Part shown: in pieces, positions 54,701 to 64,000 of the stretch
How positions within the stretch are numbered: the stretch's first letter is position 1
Layout of the letters: the number at the start of each line of letters is the position of its first letter
Assembly: GCF_009914755.1 (NCBI RefSeq)
Contig: NC_060933.1
DNA from: the human T2T-CHM13v2.0 reference genome, Homo sapiens
Direction: 5' to 3' (one strand)
Length of the DNA stretch: 64,000 nt
Position numbers and translations under genes: made by a program
The notes under the pieces: generated by a model
Databases searched by the model: none
The model's input: the letters and a program-made list of their open reading frames with translations, nothing else
Told to the model about the DNA's origin: nothing

Positions 54701-57700
54701 CCATTCCATTCAAGTTGAATCCATTCCATTGCATTCCATTCCATTCGATTCCATTCGATTGCACTCGGGTTGATTCCATTCCATTGCATTCCATTCCATT
54801 CCATTCCATTCCATTCCATTCCATTCCGTTCCATTCCATTCCATTACATTCGGATTAATTCTATTCAATTCCCTTACACTCCATTATATTCCATTCCATT
54901 CGGGTAGTTTCCATTCCATTCCATTCCATTCCTCTCCATTCCATTGCACTCGGGTTGACTGCATTCCATTGCATTCCATTCCATTCCATTCAATTCCATT
55001 CCGTTCCATTCCATTCCATTATATTCGGATTGATTCTATTCAACTCCCGTACTCTCCATTACATTCGATTCCATTCGGGTTGTTCCATTCCATTCCATTC
55101 CATTCCACTCCATTCCATTGCACTCGGGTTGATTCCATTCCATTCCATTCCATTCCGGAAGATTCCATTCCATTGCATTCCCTTACATTCCAATCCCCTG
55201 CACTCGCGTTGATTCCATTCCATTCCATTCCATTCCATTCCATTCCATTCCATTCCTTTCCGTTCCATTCCATTGCATTCCATTCCATTCCATTCCATTC
55301 CATTCCATTCCGTTCCGTTCCGTTCCATTCCATTCCATTCCATTCTTTTCGGGTTAATTCCATTCCATTCCATTCCATTGCAATCGAGTTGATTCCATTC
55401 CATTCCATTCCATTCCATTCCATTCCATTCCTTTCCATTCCATTACGGATGATTCCATTCCATTGCATTCCATTCCATTCCATTCCCCTGTACTCGGGTT
55501 GATTCCATTCCATTCCATTCCAATCCATGCCATTCCACTCGTGTTGATTCCATTCTTTCCATTCCATTCAAGTTGAATCCATTCCATTGCATTCCATTCC
55601 ATTCCATTCCATTCCCCCGCAGTCGGGTTGATTCCATTCCATTCCATTCCATTCCGTTCCTTTCCATTTAATTCCATTCCATTCTATTCGGGTTAATTCC
55701 ATTCCATTCCATTCCATTCCATTCCATTCCATTCCAATCGAGTTGATTCCATTCCATTCCATTCCATTCCATTCCACTCCATTCCAGTCCTTTCCATTCC
55801 ATTCCCCTCGGGTTGATTCCAATGTATTCCTTTCCATTCCATTCCATTTCATTGCAATCGAGTTGATTCCATTTCTTTGCATTCCATTCCATTCTATTCC
55901 ATTCCGGATGATTCCATTCCATTGCATTCCATTCCATTCCGTTCCCCTGCACACGGGTTGATTCCATTCCATTCCACTCCATTCCGTTCCATTCCATTCC
56001 ATTCCGTTGTATTCGGGTTAATTCCATTCCATTCCATTCCATTCCATTCCATTCCATTCCAATCCATTACAATCGAGTTGATTCCATTCCATTCCATTCC
56101 ATTCCATTCCATTCCATTCCAGTCCTTTCCATTCCATTCCACTCGGGTTGATTCCATTCTATTAGTTTCCATTCCATTCCATTCCCTTCCATTCCACTCT
56201 GGTTGATTCCATTCCTTTCCATTCCACTCGAATACATTCCCTCCTATTCCACTCGGAACGATTCCATTCCATTCCATTCCATTCCATTCCATTCCATTCC
56301 ATTCCATTTCGTTCCATTCCATTCTATTCCGTACCATTCCATTCCATTGCATTCCTTTGCATTCCATTCCATTCCACTCGTGTTGATTCCATTCCTTTCC
56401 ATTCCACTCGAATACATTCCCTCCTATTCCACTCGGAACGATTCCATTCCATTCCATTCCATTTCGTTCCATTCCTTTCTATTCCGTACCATTCCATTCC
56501 ATTCCATTCCATTCCATTCCATTCCATTCCATTCCATTCCATTGTACTCGGGTTGATTCCATTACATTGCATTCCATTCCATTCCATTCCATTCCATTCT
56601 ATTCCATTCCATTCCGTTGCATTCCATTCCATTACATTAGGATTGATTCTATTCAACTCACTTACTCCCCATTACATTCCATTCCATTCGGGTTGTTCCA
56701 TTCCATTCCATTCCATTCCACTCCATTCCATTGCACTCGGGTTGATTCCATTCCATTCCATTCCATTCCATTCCATTCCATTCCGGATAATTCCATTCCA
56801 TTACATTCCGTTCCATTACATTCCCCTGCACTCGCGTTGATTCCATTCCATTCCATTCCGTTCCATTCCATTCCATTCCATTCCATTCGATTCCGTTCCT
56901 TTCCATTCCGTTCTATTCCATTCTATTCGGGTTAATTCCATTCCATTCCATTCGATTGCAATCGAGTTGATTCCATTCCATTGCATTCCATTCCATTCGA
57001 TTCCATTCGATTGCACTCGGGTTGATTCCATTCCATTGCATTCCATTCTATTCCATTCCATTCCATTCCATTCCATTCCATTCCATTCCATTCCATTCCT
57101 TTCAGTTCCATTCCTTTCCATTACATTCGTATTGATTCTCTTCAATTCCCTTACACTCCATTACATTCCATTCCATTCGGGTAGTTTCCACTCCATTCCA
57201 TTCCATTCCTCTCCATTCCATTGCACTCGGGTTGATTCCATTCCATTGCATTCCATTCCATTCCATTCAATTCCATTCCGTTCCATTCCATTCCATTCCA
57301 TTACATTCGGATTGATTCTATTCAACTCCCTTACACTCCATTACATTCCATTCCATTCGGGTTGTTCCATTCCATTCCATTCCATTCCACTCCATTCCAT
57401 TGCACTCGGGTTGATTCCATTCCATTCCATTCCATTCCATTCCGGAAGATTCCATTCCATTGCATTCCATTACATTCCATTCCCCTGCACTCGCTTTGAT
57501 TCCATTCCATTCCATTCCATTCCATTCCATTCCATTCCGTTCCGTTCCGTTCCATTCCATTCCATTCCATTCCATTCCATTCCGTTCCGTTCCATTCCAT
57601 TCCATTCCATTCTATTCGGGTTAATTCTATTCCATTCCATTCCATTCCATTCCATTCCGGAAGATTCCATTCCATTGCATTCCATTCCATTCCATTCCAC

Positions 57701-59600
57701 TGCACTCGCGTTGATTCCATTCCATTCCATTCCATTCCATTCCATTCCATTCCATTCCTTTCCGTTCCATTCCATTTTATTCCATTCCATTCCGTTCCGT
57801 TCCCTTCCGTTCCGTTCCATTCCATTCCATTCCATTCTATTCGGGTTAATTGCATTCCATTTCATTCGACTGCAATCGAGTTGATTCCATTCCATTCCAT
57901 TCCATTCCATTCCATTCCATTCCATTCCATTCCTTTCCATTCCATTCCGGATGATTCCATTCCATTGCATTCCGTTCCATTACATTCCCCTTCACTGGCG
58001 TTGATTCCATTCCATTCCATTCCATTCCATTCAATTCCATTCCATTACAATTCGTTCCATTCCATTCTATTCCGTACCATTCCATTCCATTCCATACCAT
58101 TCCATTCCATTCCATTCCATTCCATTCCATTCCATTCCGTTCCATTCCTTTCCATTCCATTCCATTCCATTCTATTTGGGTTAATTCCATTCCAATCCAT
58201 TCCATTCCATTCCATTCCATTCTATTCCATTCCATTGCAATCGAGTTGAATCCATTGCATTTCATTCCATTCCATTCCATTCCATTCCATTCCATTCCGG
58301 AAGATTCCATTCCATTGCATTCCATTCCATTCCATTCCCCTGCACTCGCGTTGATTCCATTCCATTCCATTCCATTGCATTCCATTCCATTCCGTTCCGT
58401 TCCGTTCCGTTCCGTTCCATTCCATTCCATTCCGTTCCGTTAAGTTCCATTCCATTCCATTCCATTCTATGCGGGTTAATTCCATTCAATTCCATTCGAT
58501 TGCAATCGAGTTGATTCCATTCCATTCAATTCCATTCTATTCCATTCCTTTCCATTCCATTACGGATGATTCCATTCCATTGCATTCCATTCCATTCCAT
58601 TCCCGTGTACTCGGGTTCATTCCATTCCATTCCATTCCAATCCATGCCATTCCACTCGTGTTGATTCCATTCTTTCCATTCCATTCAAATTGAATCCATT
58701 CCATTGCATTCCATTCCATTCCATTCCCCTGCAGTCGGGTTGATTCCATTCCATTCCATTCCATTCCATTCCATTCCATTCCATTCCACTCCAATCAAGT
58801 TGATTCCATTCCATTCCATTCCATTCCATTCCATTCCATTCCACTCCATTCCAGTCCTTTCCATTCCATTCCACTCGGGTTGATTCCAATGTATTCCTTT
58901 CCATTCCATTCCATTCCATTGCAATCGAGTTGATTCCATTGCTTTGTATTCCATTCCATTCCATTCCATTCCGGATGATTCCATTCCATTGCATTCCATT
59001 CCATTCCATTCCTCTGCACTCGGGTTGATTCCATTCCTTTCCACTCCATTCCATTCCATTCCATTCCATTCCATTGTATTCGGGTTAATTCCATTCCATT
59101 CCATTCCATTCCATTCCAGTCCGTTCCATTCCATTCCAGTCGGGTTGATTCCATTCTATTAGTTTCCATTCCATTCCATTCCCTTCCATTCCACTCTGGT
59201 TGATTCCATTCCTTTCCATTCCACTCGAATACATTCCCTCCTATTCCACTCGGAACGATTCCATTCCATTCCATTCCATTCCATTCCATTCCATTCCATT
59301 TCGTTCCATTCCATTCTATTCCGTATCTTTCCATTCCATTCCATTCCATTCCATTCCATTCCATTCCATTCCATTCCATTCCATTCCATTGTAGTCGGGT
59401 TGATTCCCTTCCATTGCATTCTATTCCATTCCATTCCATTCCATTCCGTTGCATTCCATTCCATTACATTCGGATTGATTCTATTCAACTCCCTTACTCT
59501 CCATTACATTCCATTCCATTCGGGTTGTTCCATTCCATTCCATTCCATTCCACTCCATTCCATTGCACTCGGGTTGATTCCATTCCATTCCATTACATTC
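48790..59600 (+). repeat. ~1.6 kb block duplicated at ~9.2 kb offset (about 48790-50440 and 57970-59600)
   Basis: Private variants CACTGGCGTT 48811/57993, CGTTAAGTTC 49241/58438, TATGCGGGTT 49271/58468, CCCGTGTACTCGGGTTC ~49405/58602, TTGTAGTCGGG 50232/59389. Confidence 0.88.
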
Positions 59601-62099
59601 CATTCCGGAAGATTCCATTCCATTGCATTCCATTACATTCCATTCCCCTGCACTCGCTTTGATTCCATTCCATTCCATTCCATTCCATTCCATTCCGTTC
59701 CGTTCCATTCCATTCCATTCCATTCCATTCCATTCCGTTCCGTTCCATTCCATTCCATTCCATTCTATTCGGGTTAATTCCATTCCATTCCATTCCATTC
59801 CGGAAGATTCCATTCCATTGCATTCCATTCCATTCCATTCCCCTGCACTCGCGTTGATTCCATTCCATTCCATTCCATTCCATTCCATTCCATTCCATTC
59901 CTTTCCGTTCCATTCCATTGCATTCCATTCCATTCCGTTCCGTTCCCTTCCGTTCCGTTCCATTCCATTCCATTCCATTCTATTCGGGTTAATTCCATTC
60001 CATTCCATTCGACTGCAATCGAGTTGATTCCATTCCATTCCTTTCCATTCCATTCCATTCCTTTCCATTCCATTACGGATGATTCCATTCCATTGCATTC
60101 CATTCCATTCCATTCCATTTTATTCGGGTTAATTCCATTCCATTCCATTCCATTCCATTCTATTCCATTCCATAGCAATCGAGTTGAATCCATTGCATTC
60201 CATTCCATTCCATTCCGGAAGATTCCATTCCATTGTATTCCATTCCATTCCATTCCCCTGCACTCGCGTTGTTTCCATTCCATTCCATTCCATTCCATTC
60301 CATTCCGTTCCGTTCCGTTCCATTCGATTCCATTCCATTCCGTTCCGTTCCGTTCCGTTCCATTCCATTCCATTCTATTCGGGTTAATTCCATTCCATTC
60401 CATTCGATTGCAATCGAGTTGATTCCATTCCATTCTATTCCGTTCCATTCCATTCCATTCCATTCCTTTCCATTCCATTACGGATGATTCCATTCCATTG
60501 CAATACATTCCATTCCATTCCCTTGTACTCGGGTTGATTCCATTCCATTCCATTCCATTCCATTCCATTCCATTCTATTCCATTCCATTCCATTCCATTC
60601 CGGAAGATTCCATTCCATTGCATTCCATTCCATTCCATTCCCCTGCAATCGCGTTGATTCCATTCCATTCCATTCCATTCCATTCCATTCCGTTCCGTTC
60701 CATTCCATTCCATTCCATTCCATTCCGTTCCGTTCCGTTCCGTTCCATTCCATTCCATTCCATTCTATTCGGGTTAATTCCATTCCATTCCATTCGATTG
60801 TAATCGTGTTGATTCCATTCCATTACATTCCATTCCATTCCATTCCATTCCTTTCCATTCCATTACGGATGATTCCATTCCATTGCATTCCATTCCATTC
60901 CATTCCCCTGTACTCGGGTTGATTCCATTCCATTGCATTCCAATCCATGCCCTTCCACTCGTGTTGATTCCATTCTTTCCATTCCATTCAAGTTGAATCC
61001 ATTCCATTGCATTCCATTCAATTTGATTCCATTCGATTGCACTCGGGTTGATTCCATTCCATTGCATTCCATTCCATTCCACTCCATTCCATGCCATTCC
61101 ATTCCGTTCTATTCCATTCCATTACATTCGGATTGATTCTATTCAACTCCCTTACTCTCCATTACATTCCATTCCATTCGGGTTGTTCCATTCCATTCCA
61201 TTCCCTTCCACTCCATTCCATTGCACTCGGGTTGATTCCATTCCTTTCCATTCCATTCCATTCCATTCCGGATGATTACATTCCATTGCATTCCATTCCA
61301 TTACATTCCCCTGCACTCGCGTTGATTCCATTCCATTCCATTCCATTCAATTCCATTCCATTACAATTCGTTCCATTCTATTCTATTCCGTACCATTCCA
61401 TTCCATTCCATGCCATTCCATTCCATTCCATTCCATTCCATTCCATTCCGTTCCATTCCGTTCCATTCCATTCCATTCTATTCGGGTTAATTCCATTCCA
61501 TTCCATTCGATTGCAATCGAGTTGATTCCATTCCATTCCATTCCATTCCATTCCATTCCATTCCATTCCATTCCATACCATTCCTCTCCATTCCATTGCA
61601 CTCGGGTTGATTCCATTCCATTGCATTCTATTCCATTCATTCAATTCCATTCCGTTCCATTCAATTCCATTACATTCGGATTGATTCTATTCAACTCCCT
61701 TACTCTCCATTCCATTCCATTCCATTCCACTCCATTCCATTGCACTCGGGTTGATTCCATTCCATTCCATTCCATTCCATTCCATTCCATTCCATTACAA
61801 TCGAGTTGATTCCATTCCATTCCATTCCATTCCAGTCCTTTCCATTCCTTTCCACTCGGGTTGATTCCATTCTATTAGTTTCCATTCCATTCCATTCCCT
61901 TCCATTCCACTCTGGTTGATTCCATTCCTTTCCATTCCACTCAAATACATTCCCTCCTATTCCACTCGGAACGATTCCATTCCATTCCATTCCATTCAAT
62001 TCCATTCCATTCCATTTCGTTCCATTCCATTCTATTCCATATCATTCCATACCATTCCATTCCATTCCATTCCATTCCATTCCATTCCATTCCATTCCA

Positions 62100-64000
62100 T
62101 TCCATTGTACTCGGTTTGATTCCATTCCATTGCATTCCATTCCATTCCATTCCATTCCATTCCATTCCATTCCATTCCATTCCGTTCCATTCCATTACAT
62201 TCGGATTGATTCTTTTCAACTCCCTTACTCTCCATTACATTCCATTCCATTCGGATAGTTCCATTCCATTCCATTCCATTCCACTCCATTCCATTGCACT
62301 CGGGTTGATTCCATTCCATTCCATTGCATTCCATTCCGGATGATTCCATTCCCTTGCATTCCGTTCCATTACATTCACCTGCACTCGGGTTGATTCCATT
62401 CCATTCCATTCCATTCCATTCCATTCCATTCCTTTCCATTCCAGTCCTTTCCATTCCATTCCACTCGGGTTGATTCCATTCTATTAGTTTCCATTCCATT
62501 CCATTCCCTTCCATTCCACTCTGGTTTATTCCATTCCTTTCCATTCCACTCGAATACATTCCCTCTTATTCCACTCGGAACGATTCCATTCCATTCCATT
62601 CCATTCCATTCCATTCCATTCCATTCCATTTCGTTCCATTCCATTCTATTCCGTATCATTCCATTCCATTCCATTCCATTCCATTCCATTCCACTCGTGT
62701 TGATTTCATTCCTTTCCATTCCATTCGGTTTGAAGGCATCCCATTCCATTCCATTCCATTCCATTCCATTCCATTCCATTCCATTCCATTGTACTCGGGT
62801 TGATTCCATTCCATTGCATTCCATTCCATTCCATTCCATTCCATTCCATTCCGTTGCATTCCAATTCTTTCCATTCCATTCTATTCGGTACCATTCCATT
62901 CCATTCCATACAATTCCATTCCATTCCATTCCACTCCGTTCGGTTCCGTTCCGTTCCGTTCCGTTCCATTCCATTCCATTCCATTCTATTCGGTTTAATT
63001 CCATTCCATTCCATTCCATTCCATTCCATTCCATTCCATTCTATTCCATTCCATTGCAATCGAGTTGAATCCATTGCATTCCATTCCATTCCATTCCGGA
63101 AGATTCCATTCCATTGCATTCCATTCCATTCCATTCCATTCCATTCCATTCCATTCCATTCCATTCCATTCCATTGTACTCGGATTGATTCCATTCCATT
63201 GCATTCCATTCCATTCCATTCCATTCCATTCCATTCCATTCCGTTCCATTCCATTCCATTACATTCGGATTGATTCTTTTCAACTCCCTTACTCTCCATT
63301 ACATTCCATTCCATTCGGGTTGTTCCATTCCATTCCATTCCATTCCACTCCATTCCATTGCACTCGGGTTGATTCCATTGCATTCCATTCCATTCCATTC
63401 CGGATGATTCCATTCCATTGCCTTCCGTTCCATTACATTCCCCTGCACTCGGGTTGATTCCATTCCATTCCATTCCATTCCATTCGATTCCATTCCATTC
63501 CCCTGCACTCGCGTTGATTCCATTCCATTCCATTCCATTCCTTTCCATTCCAGTCTTTTCCATTCCATTCCACTCGGGTTGATTGCATTCTATTAGTTTC
63601 CATTCCATTCCATTCCCTTCCATTCCACTCTGGTTGATTCCATTCCTTTCCATTCCACTCGAATACATTCCCTCCTATTCCACTCGGAACGATTCCATTC
63701 CATTCCATTCCATTCCATTCCATTCCATTCCATTCCATTTCGTTCCATTCCATTCTATTCCGTATCATTCCATTCCATTCCATTCCATTCCATTCCATTC
63801 CATTCCTCTCGCGTTGATTCCAATCCTTTCCATTCCATTCGGTTTGAAGGCATTCCATTCCATTCCATTCCATTCCATTCCATTGTACTCGGGATGATTC
63901 CATTTCATTGCATTCCATTCCATTCCATTCCATTCCATTCCATTCCATTCCATTCCGTTGCATTCCATTCCATTACATTCGGATTGATTCTATTCAACTC
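62100..64000 (+). repeat. ~1.1 kb tandem dimer at the window end
   Basis: GATTCTTTTCAAC 62208/63272, AATACATTCCC 62553/63662, GGTTTGAAGGC 62727/63841. Confidence 0.75.

Larger units (their letters stand above)
1..64000 (+). repeat. Human Satellite 3 (HSat3/SatIII) pericentromeric tandem array, C-rich (CATTC)n strand on +
   Basis: Pentamer CATTC/ATTCC runs through the entire window, with interspersed ACTCGGGTTG, ATCGAGTTG and ATTCGGGTTA words, the classic SatIII 5-bp + 10-bp composition. It lacks the dominant CATTCGATTC/ATGATG pattern of HSat2. No strand switch or foreign insertion seen. Confidence 0.98.
1..64000 (-). ncRNA. Potential template for stress-induced G-rich SatIII (GGAAU)n lncRNA
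   Basis: Established for HSat3, mainly 9q12: HSF1-dependent Pol II transcription yields G-rich RNA that nucleates nuclear stress bodies. The sequence class and HSEs fit, but there is no direct evidence that this segment is transcribed, and no TSS can be placed. Confidence 0.35.

Noticed and set aside
1-64000. CRISPR-like pattern of conserved words separated by spacers
   Set aside because: The spacers are CATTC runs rather than unique sequences, spacing is irregular, and there are no cas genes or leader.
1-64000. Alpha-satellite, CENP-B boxes, telomeric repeats, Alu/L1/LTR insertions or an inversion
   Set aside because: No 171-bp monomer, TTAGGG tract, poly(A) tail or non-satellite segment was seen, and the C-rich strand stays on + throughout.

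Overview
The whole 64 kb window is one uninterrupted, single-orientation array of human-type classical Satellite 3 (HSat3/SatIII). It is diverged (CATTC)n on the + strand and (GGAAT)n on the - strand, punctuated by the diagnostic 10-mer A(C/T)TCGGGTTG (CAACCCGAGT on -). I see no credible protein-coding gene, RNA gene, transposon, alpha-satellite or CRISPR array. All supplied ORFs are the stop-free translations of the pentamer (IPFHS / MEWNG). I did not find a new gene-based system; the interest is in the non-coding architecture. (1) Nested organisation: 5-bp monomer, a fixed vocabulary of variant modules, a ~1.65-1.7 kb unit, and a ~8.0-8.2 kb higher-order repeat (HOR) at ~12.9-47.3 kb whose copies look like different deletion derivatives of a ~9.5 kb master. 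(2) About 38 perfect three-pentamer heat-shock elements (aTTCc-gGAAg-aTTCc) built into one recurring module, with a one-base-off paralog (gGATg). (3) A quasi-palindrome perfected in both possible directions. (4) Readable recombination or template-switch junctions and local (CGTTC)n CpG runs. Coordinates and counts were read by eye from diagnostic variants; block boundaries are approximate (tens of bp). Chromosome and subfamily cannot be fixed from the window alone, although a 9q12-like HSat3B array is plausible.
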